From Microcoleus sp. Aus8_D1 (GTDB taxonomy: Bacteria > Cyanobacteriota > Cyanobacteriia > Cyanobacteriales > Microcoleaceae), in NCBI RefSeq assembly GCF_036702645.1, contig NZ_JAUBUO010000016.1, positions 1 through 28,185 of the forward strand: a stretch of DNA of 28,185 nt. The letters are read 5' to 3'. Both the position numbers and the translations under genes were made by a program. Shown one piece after another: positions 1 through 8,413 of the stretch (positions are counted from its first letter, which is position 1; every line of letters begins with the position of its first letter). The notes beneath the pieces were generated by a model. It was given only the letters and a program-made list of their open reading frames with translations, was not told the origin of the DNA and did not search any database.

Positions 1-52
1 GCCCTATGCCCTATGCCCTATGCCCTATGCCCTATGCCCTATGCCCTATGCC
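1..52. repeat. Heptanucleotide tandem repeat (GCCCTAT)n, about 7.5 copies, at the window edge; STRR-like
   Basis: Direct reading: gccctat repeated from position 1 and ending in gcccgtc. Confidence 0.9.
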
Positions 53-156
53 CGTCAAGTACCTCATCTTTCTGAGACTCGGCTATACACAGAAGTGATA
101 TAATCAAATCGCCCAATATCTAAATACTCTTCTATAAATTTTAGGTAAGCATTCCA

Positions 157-489
157 ATGGCACAACTAGCCGAGTTTTCCTTAGAAGATGGCACTACATT
201 TTTAGTAGAAATAGAAGAGCCAGAATCCCGAACTATCCAACGAGTCGCACTGCCTTCCGGACAGATGGTTGTCAAAGCTCAACAAAGTTTTGAACAAGCT
301 CTCGATCGAATTAAACCTGTAGCATCTACTATTCTTTCTAAACTCAAGGACTTAAATACTCCTGCTGATGAAGTAGAGGTCAAGTTTGGCATTAAACTGA
401 CGGCCGATGCTGGAGCAGTATTTACATCAATTGGAGGGGAAGTCAATTACGAGATTACCCTGAAATGGAAGCAGAATAAATCAAGTTAA
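157..489 (+). CDS. Small (110 aa) Trypco1-like (trypsin co-occurring domain) protein
   Basis: ORF ends 8 bp before a trypsin-like protease gene. The C-terminal segment DEVEVKFGIKLTADAGAVFTSIGGEVNYEITLKW resembles the conserved core of small trypsin-associated proteins (EVEFGxKxxAEAGAxIAKAGGEANFKVTLxW). Family assignment is from memory, not a search. Confidence 0.6.
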   Translation: MAQLAEFSLEDGTTFLVEIEEPESRTIQRVALPSGQMVVKAQQSFEQALDRIKPVASTILSKLKDLNTPADEVEVKFGIKLTADAGAVFTSIGGEVNYEITLKWKQNKSS

Positions 490-496
490 TCTCATC

Positions 497-1372
497 ATGA
501 ATAACAACTATTTTCAAGCTTTTAAAGGAGCGATCGCCCGCATATATCACGCTAATGGCGCAGTAGTTGGAGCGGGTTTTTTAGTATCCGATCGCTATCT
601 GATTACCTGTGCTCATGTTGTCGCAGCAGCTTTGAGTATTGCTCAGAACACTCAAGAACAGCCAACTGGTACGATCGAATTAGATTTTCCGCTAATTGCA
701 GCAGGGCAAAAAGTAAAGTCCAAGGTTGTATTCTGGCAGCCAGTTAATCCATCGCTCTCCGGAGAAGACATTGCCGGGTTAGAATTAGAGGGTAGTTTGC
801 CTAACATACAACCAGTATACTTGGTTGGTGCTGAAGATTATTGGCAGCATCCGATCAGAATTTTTGGATTTCCACAGGGGCACGATCTGGGAATATGGGC
901 AACTGCCACTCTGCGCGATCGCACTGCAAATAACTGGGTGCAAATAGATGCTGTAGCAGCTCAAAATCGGCCCGTTGAACAAGGGTTTAGCGGTGCGCCT
1001 GTATGGGATGAATCGCTGCAAGGAGTAGTCGGAATGGCGGTAGCGGCAGAAAAGCGACGAACAGATGTGACCGCTGCATTTATGATTCCTACTGCAATTT
1101 TACGAGGTGCATGGTTGGATTTAGAGCGATCGATCGCACACAATCCTTCGTCCATGAGGCAATCTCTTGATAGTTTGCCATCTTTTCGCCAAGTAAAGTT
1201 GAAGGCCTTAAAAAGTAACTACTCTATCTTGTGCGCTAAGTATGAAGCAGCTTACAATCAGCTTGGCTACACCTTAAATGACACTGATATTGTTAGCCTT
1301 AAACAGAAAATCAAAGGTCTCGAAACAGAAATCATGACATTAGAACGAGAAATTGATAGTTTATCTAACTGA
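497..1372 (+). CDS. Trypsin-like (S1/chymotrypsin fold) serine peptidase with C-terminal coiled-coil / EAD-like module
   Basis: LITCAHVV (catalytic His) and GFSGAPVW (catalytic Ser, GxSGxP) motifs. The C-terminal 60 aa are heptad-like (KQKIKGLETEIMTLEREIDSL) and homologous to the N-terminus of the next gene. Confidence 0.85.
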   Translation: MNNNYFQAFKGAIARIYHANGAVVGAGFLVSDRYLITCAHVVAAALSIAQNTQEQPTGTIELDFPLIAAGQKVKSKVVFWQPVNPSLSGEDIAGLELEGSLPNIQPVYLVGAEDYWQHPIRIFGFPQGHDLGIWATATLRDRTANNWVQIDAVAAQNRPVEQGFSGAPVWDESLQGVVGMAVAAEKRRTDVTAAFMIPTAILRGAWLDLERSIAHNPSSMRQSLDSLPSFRQVKLKALKSNYSILCAKYEAAYNQLGYTLNDTDIVSLKQKIKGLETEIMTLEREIDSLSN

Positions 1373-1382
1373 ATAGTTATCT

Positions 1383-2447
1383 ATGAATAATAAAAACAAC
1401 AATGAAAAGTTAATTGTTCGCAAAAAACAATATTTAGAGCTTCTATACAAACAATTTGATTCAGCTTATACACAATTGGAAACAACAGTAAATGAGTTTG
1501 ATAAACCTTCTATTCAAGCGAAAATCAAAGTTTTAGAGAACCAGATAGAACAAGTACACAAAGAAATTGACAACTTAGAATTACGCTCATCTCAAACAGG
1601 CAATGATTCGCATCCGCAATCTGGGAACTTCATCGAAAAATTGGGTAATGGCGTCCAGCTAGAAATGCTACATATTCCTCAAGGCAGCTTCTTAATGGGT
1701 TCGCCAGAAAATGAACTTGAGAGAAGCAACGATGAAGGCCCTCCGCACCCAGTGACTGTCCCAGCTTTCTTTATGGGCAAATATCCTGTCACCCAAGCTC
1801 AATGGAAAATTGTAGCAAATCTGCCTCAAGTTAACCGCGAACTCAATCCAGATCCTTCATGTTTCAAAGGTGTGAATCGCCCTGTTGAAACGGTTTCTTG
1901 GTATGATGCCGTCGAATTTTGTGCTCGCCTCTCCCTAGAAACTGGCAAGACTTACCGCTTACCCAGTGAAGCAGAATGGGAATACGCCTGTCGCGCTGGG
2001 ACAAACACGCCGTTTCACTTTGGGGAAACAATTACGACAGATTTAGCCAATTATAATGGTAATTATACTTATGCTGCTGGGTCTAAAGGAATTTACCGCG
2101 AACAAACAATGCCTGTGGGTAGTTTTGGGGTAGCCAATGCCTTTGGACTCTACGATATGCACGGAAACGTCTGGGAGTGGTGTGCAGACCCTTGGCATGA
2201 TAGTTATGACGGTGCGCCTGGTGATGGTAGGGTTTGGGATGAGACTTGTAATGATAATCGTTATCAAAACAGCATTGATTTATTAGTCCATACTGAGGCA
2301 AAAGATAACCGAACTCGGCTGCTGCGCGGTGGTTCGTGGCTCGTCTATCCGAGGAACTGCCGTTCGGCGATTCGCCTCAACCATGCGCCGGACATCGTCA
2401 ACTTCCTCAACGGTTTTCGGGTTGTGTGTGTCGCTGCGTGGACTTAA
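1383..2447 (+). CDS. FGE-sulfatase (SUMF1/formylglycine-generating-enzyme fold, FGS) domain protein with N-terminal coiled-coil module
   Basis: Motifs [58 protein letters not shown] and RLLRGGSW are diagnostic of the FGE-sulfatase fold. The N-terminal 60 aa are coiled-coil. Confidence 0.9.
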   Translation: MNNKNNNEKLIVRKKQYLELLYKQFDSAYTQLETTVNEFDKPSIQAKIKVLENQIEQVHKEIDNLELRSSQTGNDSHPQSGNFIEKLGNGVQLEMLHIPQGSFLMGSPENELERSNDEGPPHPVTVPAFFMGKYPVTQAQWKIVANLPQVNRELNPDPSCFKGVNRPVETVSWYDAVEFCARLSLETGKTYRLPSEAEWEYACRAGTNTPFHFGETITTDLANYNGNYTYAAGSKGIYREQTMPVGSFGVANAFGLYDMHGNVWEWCADPWHDSYDGAPGDGRVWDETCNDNRYQNSIDLLVHTEAKDNRTRLLRGGSWLVYPRNCRSAIRLNHAPDIVNFLNGFRVVCVAAWT

Positions 2448-2504
2448 TAGCTCTTTACACTTTTACCCTCTTGCTCTTTACACTTCTTAATTTTTCACTT
2501 GTTG

Positions 2505-2532
2505 GTCGCCCCTGGCGACTCGATTTTTTTTT
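2505..2532 (+). terminator. Rho-independent terminator after the FGS gene
   Basis: GTCGCC-cctg-GGCGAC stem-loop followed by tcgaTTTTTTTTT. Confidence 0.6.
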
Positions 2533-2615
2533 GCCTTTGTCAACCATCTATGCCTAACAGAATTTTGGGATATTTTTTATATTTGCCAGGTCAAATATTG
2601 AGATAATTTCAGAAT

Positions 2616-2808
2616 TTGTAGGGGCAGGTTCACCAACAATTCATGGCACAAACAAATAATATTGTCAACCCGCCCCACCCAACAGACAATCAAAATGTAC
2701 CAGAAATTTATTGGTAAGATGTTAATCTGAATTTATCGTGTGGTGGGGGCGGGTTTTTGTAAATTATTTGTGGGTTTTAGAGATGGTTGGTGAACCCGCC
2801 CCTACAGG
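2616..2808. repeat. REP/BIME-like nested palindromic element, copy 1 (about 193 bp)
   Basis: Outer arms TGTAGGGGCAGGTTCACC and GGTGAACCCGCCCCTACAGG; inner arms AACCCGCCCCACCC and GGTGGGGGCGGGTT. GTAG head. Preceded by a 55-bp spacer that is itself repeated. Confidence 0.85.
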
Positions 2809-2863
2809 ATTATCGGATATTTTTTTGTATTTGCCAGGTCAAATATTGAGATAATTTCAGAAT

Positions 2864-3056
2864 TTGTAGGGGCGGGTTCACCAACAATTCATGGCAAAAA
2901 TGAATGATGTTGTAAACCCGCCCCACCCAACAGACAATCAAAATGTACCAAAAATTTATTGGGTAAGATGTTGATGTGAATTTATCGTGTGGTGGGGGCG
3001 GGTTTGTGAAATTGTTGGTCTGTTTTGTAGATGGTTGGTGAACCCACCCCTACAGG
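2864..3056. repeat. REP/BIME-like nested palindromic element, copy 2 (tandem with copy 1, includes the 55-bp spacer)
   Basis: Near-identical to copy 1; the preceding spacer gtatttgccaggtcaaatattgagataatttcagaattt (inside the 55-bp inter-copy spacer 2809-2863) is duplicated at 2563-2615. Confidence 0.85.
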
Positions 3057-3091
3057 CTGTATAATTATAATGTTGTATTTTTACAAAAATC

Positions 3092-3652
3092 ATGAAATAC
3101 AATCCTCATATCCATCATCGCCGTTCTATTCGTCTACCAGGATACGACTATAGCCAATCAGGTGCATATTTTGTAACAATTTGTATTTGGCAACGTGAAT
3201 GTTTATTAAGTGAGATTCAAGAGGGGAATGTTTTATTAAGCCGCTACGGTGAAGTCGTTAACTTTAATTGGTTTAATCTCACAAGGGTGTATCCTCATAT
3301 TGAATTAGATTCCTTTGTGATTATGCCAAATCATATTCATGGAATTATTCTCATAAAACAACGGAATAAACGTCAGGGTTTATCGGAAATTGTGAGAGGT
3401 TTAAAAACCTTTTCTTCCCGGCGGATCAATCAAATACGTTCTGTTTCACAAATACCTGTATGGCAAAGGGGTTATTATGAACATATTATTCGCAATGAGG
3501 CAACATTCTCGAAAATTCAGGAATATATTATAAATAATCCGTTTAAGTGGGAAATGGATGAAATGCACCCATCACAAAAGTTTTACTATTCTAATAAAAT
3601 TGATATTAAATTAGATAGTGAAAATGTATTGCCGATGAATTTATCATTATAG
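3092..3652 (+). CDS. REP-associated tyrosine transposase (RAYT, TnpA_REP; IS200/IS605-like Y1 HUH enzyme)
   Basis: N-terminus HRRSIRLPGYDYSQSGAYFVTICI, HUH motif NHIHGIIL and catalytic-Tyr motif WQRGYYEHIIRNE. Flanked on both sides by REP-like palindromes. Confidence 0.85.
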   Translation: MKYNPHIHHRRSIRLPGYDYSQSGAYFVTICIWQRECLLSEIQEGNVLLSRYGEVVNFNWFNLTRVYPHIELDSFVIMPNHIHGIILIKQRNKRQGLSEIVRGLKTFSSRRINQIRSVSQIPVWQRGYYEHIIRNEATFSKIQEYIINNPFKWEMDEMHPSQKFYYSNKIDIKLDSENVLPMNLSL

Positions 3653-3662
3653 TAACCCAAAT

Positions 3663-3853
3663 CTGTAGGGGCGGGTTCACCAATAACTCATGGCAAAAAT
3701 GAATGATATTGTAAACCCGCCCCACCCAACGAACAATTAAAATGTACGATAAATTTATTGGTGATATGTTGATGTGAATTTATCGTGGGGTGGGGGCGGG
3801 TTTGTGAGATTGTTGGTCTGTTTTGTAGATGGTTGGTGAACCCGCCCCTACAG
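3663..3853. repeat. REP/BIME-like nested palindromic element, copy 3
   Basis: Same outer and inner arms as copies 1 and 2. Confidence 0.85.
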
Positions 3854-3896
3854 TATTTGGGATGTTTTTTTGTTTAAAATATAGATGGAATTTTAA

Positions 3897-4090
3897 GGTG
3901 GGTGGGGGCGGGTTCACCCACCATCTATCGGGAAAATGAATGATATTGTAAACCCGCCCCCACCCAACGAACAATTAAAATGTACGATTGATTTATTGGT
4001 AAGATGTTGATGTGAATTTATCGTGGGGTGGGGGCGGGTTTGTGAGATTGTTTGTGGGTTTCAGAGATGTCGGCGAACCCGCCCCTACAG
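3897..4090. repeat. REP/BIME-like nested palindromic element, copy 4 (variant left arm GGTGGGTGGGGGCGGGTTCACCC)
   Basis: Shares the inner arms and the right outer arm CGAACCCGCCCCTACAGG. Confidence 0.8.
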
Positions 4091-4148
4091 GATTTTGGGA
4101 TGTTTGTTTGGAAATTCATTGGTTAAATATTTATGTAATTTAATTGTC

Positions 4149-4339
4149 TGTAGGGGCGGGTTCACCAACAATTTATGGCACAAACAAATAATATTGTAAA
4201 CCCGCCCCCACCCAACAGACAATTAAAATGTACGATGAATTTATTGGTAAGATGTTGATGTAAATTTATCGTGTGGTGGGGGCGGGTTTGTGAGATTGTT
4301 TGTGGGTTTCAGAGATGTCGGCGAACCCGCCCCTACAGG
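4149..4339. repeat. REP/BIME-like nested palindromic element, copy 5
   Basis: CTGTAGGGGCGGGTTCACCAAC ... GGCGAACCCGCCCCTACAGG. Confidence 0.85.
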
Positions 4340-4392
4340 ATTTGGGGATGTTTTTTTTATTTTATTAGTTCAATAATATCAATAATCTGCGG

Positions 4393-4620
4393 TTAAAAAT
4401 CGGGTTCCGCACCCAAAAGCTCGATCGCCAAATCCATCTGTTCCTTCCCCCGCGCCAGAAAACCTTCGCACTCCTGCAAACACTCTACAGCCACCGCAAA
4501 CTGCTCAAAAACCTCTTCTAGTGGCAATTCTCCCGACTCCACCCGATCGATAATTGCTTCAATGCGATCGACCGTTTGCTCGTAATTCCAGTCAGACTGG
4601 CGCAATTTCGACTTAACCAT
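4393..4620 (-). CDS. xseB: Exodeoxyribonuclease VII small subunit
   Basis: 75 aa; [15 protein letters not shown]...QECEGFL pattern typical of XseB. Ends 5 bp downstream of xseA. Confidence 0.85.
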   Translation of the reverse strand: MVKSKLRQSDWNYEQTVDRIEAIIDRVESGELPLEEVFEQFAVAVECLQECEGFLARGKEQMDLAIELLGAEPDF

Positions 4621-4625
4621 AACAT

Positions 4626-5786
4626 TTATTGTACATCCAACACTTCCACAATCTTAACCTTCAGCACGCCCCGACTCAACCTCACCGTCAACTCCTCTCC
4701 CAATTCCAAACCGTCAGTTTTGCGGACAATTGTACCGTCAGCTTGGATTACGGCTGCATAACCCCTTTGCAAAACCGCAGCCGGATTTAGGGCGGCTAAC
4801 TTTTCTTGCAATACCTCCAGTTTACCAGTTGCCTGCCGCAAAGTTCGCGATGTCGTCGGCAATCTTTTTAAGCGACTTTTTAACAGTTCCAAATGCTCTG
4901 ATTCTGTCTGAAATCTTGCCCGCACAACACTTGCTAAATTGAGCGTTCTCTGCTTGTGTTCCCAGTAAATATCTGCTAAAATTGGTACGGCTTGGGTAGC
5001 GGCAGCCGTCGGAGTGTGCGCTCGTTTATCGGCTACTAAATCGGCTAGAGATTCGTCTCTTTCGTGTCCGATTCCTGTGATAATTGGTATGGCACAATTG
5101 GCGATCGCCCTGACGACTCTTTCATCGTTAAAACAAGCCAAATCCTCCGCAGAACCGCCGCCACGCCCTAAAATTATCACATCAGCCCTACCGTCCAATT
5201 CTACACGGGCGATCGCCCTGACGATCGCAGCCGCAGCCAAATCTCCCTGCACCAAAGTCGGCGACAGCAACACCCGCAAACCCGGATATCTCTGCGCTAA
5301 CGTGCGCTGAATATCCCCCCAAGCAGCGCCAGTATCCGATGTCACCACCGCCACAATCTGGGGGTGTGCGGGAATCGGGCGCTTTCTGGCAGGATCGAAG
5401 AAACCCTCGGCTTCCAAGCGCGATCGCAATTGCTGCAACCGCAAAGCCTCCAATCCTTCCCCAGCCGGTAGCGATTGCACCACAGTCAACTGGTACTCGC
5501 CGCGATTTTTGTACATCCGGATGCTTCCCAACACCAGCAATTGTTCGCCTTTTACGGGCATTTGCGTCAATTTCTGTCGCTGAGAATTCCACACCACGCA
5601 GCGAATTGCAGCGCTTTTGTCTGGATCGCAGAGAGTGAAAAAGCAGCCGCTGGGATGTTGCGAAACGTTGGACACCTCGCCGATCAGCCAAACCGATCGC
5701 AAATTGCGATCGCCCTCCAGCAACTCTTGCAGGTATGATGTTAGTCCGCCCACCGATAACGTTGTGTCAGGAAAAATTGAATTCAT
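4626..5786 (-). CDS. xseA: Exodeoxyribonuclease VII large subunit
   Basis: N-terminal [17 protein letters not shown]-fold region and central catalytic domain typical of XseA; operonic with xseB. Confidence 0.85.
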   Translation of the reverse strand: MNSIFPDTTLSVGGLTSYLQELLEGDRNLRSVWLIGEVSNVSQHPSGCFFTLCDPDKSAAIRCVVWNSQRQKLTQMPVKGEQLLVLGSIRMYKNRGEYQLTVVQSLPAGEGLEALRLQQLRSRLEAEGFFDPARKRPIPAHPQIVAVVTSDTGAAWGDIQRTLAQRYPGLRVLLSPTLVQGDLAAAAIVRAIARVELDGRADVIILGRGGGSAEDLACFNDERVVRAIANCAIPIITGIGHERDESLADLVADKRAHTPTAAATQAVPILADIYWEHKQRTLNLASVVRARFQTESEHLELLKSRLKRLPTTSRTLRQATGKLEVLQEKLAALNPAAVLQRGYAAVIQADGTIVRKTDGLELGEELTVRLSRGVLKVKIVEVLDVQ

Positions 5787-5795
5787 TAAACAATT

Positions 5796-5828
5796 GTAGA
5801 TTTTAGATTTTAGATTTGAGATTTAGGC
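5796..5828. repeat. Heptanucleotide tandem repeat (TAGATTT/GAGATTT)n
   Basis: Direct reading: tagattttagattttagatttgagattt. Confidence 0.8.
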
Positions 5829-5913
5829 TACTATATCTAAGGTATTTATTTGTAGGTCTATCCTCTGCGAGGGCTTCTCTACCGGCGAAGGTAAATTAAC
5901 AGCAAACAAACTA

Positions 5914-6651
5914 ATGATATCAGATGTCATGACTTCGATGAATGTGCTGCGCCAAGAGGCTGCGGCGATCGGCATTACTGATGCCGAAGCCAGAAAGTAT
6001 GGCGATCTCAGACATAAAAGAACTTGGTCTTTGGCGATCGAACATCACCTCTCGATGCAAGATTTTGCCGATGGCGCAGCATCCGATTCTGATAGCGCAC
6101 TCCACCAGTCTCGGACTGAAGAGTCTCAAGACTGCGGCATTCAGCTAACGGCGAATCTGGGCGAATCTGGAGTCAAAAGAGAGAACAAAACAGCATCTGA
6201 GGCGGCGCCGCCACAGTCAGGAATTGCGAGCCTCTCCGAGGGCTTCGCTAACGGGCGATCGCACAATAATTCCGATTACCGCAGCCACCAAAACCGAGGT
6301 TTTAAACAAGTAGTTCAGAACCACATTAAAGCCTTAACAATTGCCTCAGCCTCCCGTACAATTCAGATAAATTCACAATTCAACAATTGGGTTTGCCCGG
6401 AGTGCTACCCAGAGGGCGAATCGGGTTGTCACCTGTGTGCCGGAGAAAGGTATGTAAGCGACATTGCAGCTATTGGGTGGACGCTAGCTTATATGGAAAT
6501 GTTGGGCTGTTCGGCTCGCGAAATCGAACCGCTGAGGAAATTTTCGCCTGCCTCCGAAACTCTGGAATTGAATTTAAAAGTTTGTGTTGCTATCAAAGAA
6601 AGTACCGAAGTTTTAGCGCGGACTGAAAAATGGGTAATCGGTAATCGGTAA
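5914..6651 (+). CDS. Hypothetical protein (245 aa) with a Cys cluster CPECYPEGESGCHLC
   Basis: Long ORF in an otherwise gene-free interval, divergent from xseA. No recognisable family. The C-terminus is encoded by the (GGTAATC)3 repeat. Confidence 0.5.
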   Translation: MISDVMTSMNVLRQEAAAIGITDAEARKYGDLRHKRTWSLAIEHHLSMQDFADGAASDSDSALHQSRTEESQDCGIQLTANLGESGVKRENKTASEAAPPQSGIASLSEGFANGRSHNNSDYRSHQNRGFKQVVQNHIKALTIASASRTIQINSQFNNWVCPECYPEGESGCHLCAGERYVSDIAAIGWTLAYMEMLGCSAREIEPLRKFSPASETLELNLKVCVAIKESTEVLARTEKWVIGNR

Positions 6652-6652
6652 T
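6633..6652. repeat. (GGTAATC)3 heptamer repeat overlapping the stop of the 5914-6651 ORF
   Basis: tgggtaatcggtaatcggtaattg. Confidence 0.8.
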
Positions 6653-6675
6653 TGTAAGATCAAATTATCATACTC

Positions 6676-7263
6676 TTATTTTCTTTCGCTAACAAACAAC
6701 ACGGATTCCAGTCCTTTTAAAGCTACTTCCAAATCGTCGTTGACAACTTGGAAATCGAATTCGCCCGCAGCTTCAATTTCCTCTTTAGCCCGCAGCAACC
6801 GACGGGCGATCGCAATTTCCGAATCTTGACCCCGACTCCGCAGCCTGCGCTCCAATTCTTCCCAAGAAGGAGGTAAAATAAACAGTCGCAAAGCCTCCGG
6901 AAACTTATTTCTAATTTGTCTCGCCCCTTCGAGTTCAATTTCCAGGATTACCCATTTTCCCTCACCGATTCCCTGTTTGAGAGCAAAATATGGAGTACCG
7001 TAAAAATTACCTGCAAACTCAGCCCATTCTGCCAATTCGCCAGCCTCAACCATTTCCTCAAAACGGCTGCGGCTGACAAAATAATAGTGTTGTCCCTCAA
7101 CTTCTCCCTCACGGGGCTTACGAGTTGTCACCGATACCGAAAGATATAATTCGGGATGGCGGTTGAGGAGCGATCGCACTAAGGTGCCTTTCCCCACACC
7201 GCTGGGCCCCGTCAGAACAATTAATTTACCGGATTTCATTTTTAGAAGAGAAACGTGTAACAA
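6676..7263 (-). CDS. gmk: Guanylate kinase
   Basis: P-loop [32 protein letters not shown] and FYGTP motifs. True start probably the internal Met (MKSGKLIVL) about 24 nt downstream of the annotated start. Confidence 0.9.
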   Translation of the reverse strand: MLHVSLLKMKSGKLIVLTGPSGVGKGTLVRSLLNRHPELYLSVSVTTRKPREGEVEGQHYYFVSRSRFEEMVEAGELAEWAEFAGNFYGTPYFALKQGIGEGKWVILEIELEGARQIRNKFPEALRLFILPPSWEELERRLRSRGQDSEIAIARRLLRAKEEIEAAGEFDFQVVNDDLEVALKGLESVLFVSERK

Positions 7264-7317
7264 TTTAAGTTTCCGCTTACTCTATACTGTAAGTGCTCAA
7301 ATTGCAACCGACAAACC

Positions 7318-7584
7318 TCAATCATCCCGACCTTGACCGTCTTTGCCGATCGCAAAACGATTAGCCACCGTTTCCGGCTGAATCGCCGACAGGATGACGT
7401 GACTCGAATCTGTAATAATTACCGCTCTCGTGCGGCGGCCGTAAGTAGCATCAACCAGTTGTCCCCGCTCCCGCGCATCAGTAATTATACGCTTAATTGG
7501 CGCTGACTCGGGACTGACAATGGCAATCACTCGGTTAGCAGACACAATATTACCAAAGCCGATATTAATTAATTGAATATCCAT
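7318..7584 (-). CDS. remA: RemA/DUF370 family protein (extracellular matrix regulator-like)
   Basis: 88 aa. [70 protein letters not shown] matches the RemA/YlzA family. Immediately upstream of gmk, as in Bacillus. Confidence 0.8.
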   Translation of the reverse strand: MDIQLINIGFGNIVSANRVIAIVSPESAPIKRIITDARERGQLVDATYGRRTRAVIITDSSHVILSAIQPETVANRFAIGKDGQGRDD

Positions 7585-8104
7585 GAATATCTCAATCTAT
7601 AGGTGAACGAGTAACTATCAATCCTTACTTATCATCATATATAAAAATATTTATTCTGACAAGGTTAAAATTATTCATAACAAAAATTTTTAATTTTTTA
7701 CCTTCATTTTTTTCTCTTTTTTGAGGCAGAGTCTGCCGCTCTTTATCAAAACTTTAAAAAACTACCGCTGTTGACCGCTGTATATTAAAGATTCGGTAAA
7801 ATCCTCAATTTATCGTTACGAATAAAAGCTTTAGCTGTATGGAGAAAACAGCCAGTAAATGTTGCGAAATATAAAGGAAATTTCAAGTATAGGGAAAGTT
7901 AAGTACAATCACTGATTAATGATAGCAAATCTTCGCCAAAGGCAGTTTATACTGACAGTATTGACAAATGCTGCTACTTTGATGAGCCTTCAACCTCACC
8001 TAAAAGCTGGTGACAAGCGCACACAATTCTTAATTTTCCACATAAACATGAGGAAACACCTGTTAAAGTACAAATATTTATTGCTAGATATTCTCAAACA
8101 AAAT

Positions 8105-8347
8105 GGGTTTGTAGTGAGGACTTTAGTCCGCATCAATGAAGGACTCGCATTTCTCACTACAAACCTGGGAACGATCTTCTAAAATAAAATCGGTTCGTAG
8201 TGAGGACTTTAGTCCGCATCAATCAAAGGATTTGCATTCCGAACGATCAAACCTGGGAACGATCTTCTAAAATAAAATAGGTTCGTAGTGAGGACTTTAG
8301 TCCGCATCAATCAAAGGACTAAAGTCCTCACTACAAACCTGGGAAGT
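8105..8347. repeat. 3x tandem array of a ~85-bp unit carrying the palindrome GTAGTGAGGACTTTAGTCC ... GGACTAAAGTCCTCACTAC
   Basis: Three consecutive units; the last unit is a perfect 19-bp-arm hairpin, the middle one is degenerate. Lies downstream of the prlC stop. Confidence 0.8.
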
Positions 8348-8413
8348 CAGAAAAAAAATAGGGATTAATACAGATACATTTACCCGCATTAATCCCACTT
8401 ATTCCACAGTTGA

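Noticed and set aside
2336-2557. 73-aa + strand ORF overlapping the 3' end of the FGS gene and the terminator
   Set aside because: Alternative frame of a confidently assigned CDS; runs through the terminator hairpin and T-tract
3092-3652. Classical IS200/IS605 insertion sequence with its own ends
   Set aside because: No subterminal IS200-type hairpin ends or tnpB. The gene is instead embedded among multiple REP-like palindromes, the RAYT arrangement
3780-3974. ORF-track ORF (64 aa, minus strand) inside REP copies 3 and 4
   Set aside because: Translation of palindromic repeat DNA (poly-Pro/Trp from the GGGGCGGG cores); no start context
2563-4339. Regularly spaced ~190-bp repeats with intervening unique segments could superficially suggest a CRISPR array
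   Set aside because: Units are far longer than CRISPR repeats (24-48 bp) and are internally nested palindromes. Spacing is irregular. No cas genes are present, and a RAYT gene sits in the middle. REP/BIME-like elements explain it better
5014-5799. Several 60-170-aa ORFs on both strands inside xseA (5014..5310, 5188..5691, 5339..5638, 5475..5738, 5617..5799)
   Set aside because: Shadow ORFs of the GC-rich xseA coding region; Arg/Ala/Pro-rich low-complexity translations
7919-8182. 87-aa + strand ORF
   Set aside because: Runs into the 3x tandem palindromic repeat array; AT-rich, no RBS, no family resemblance. Likely spurious
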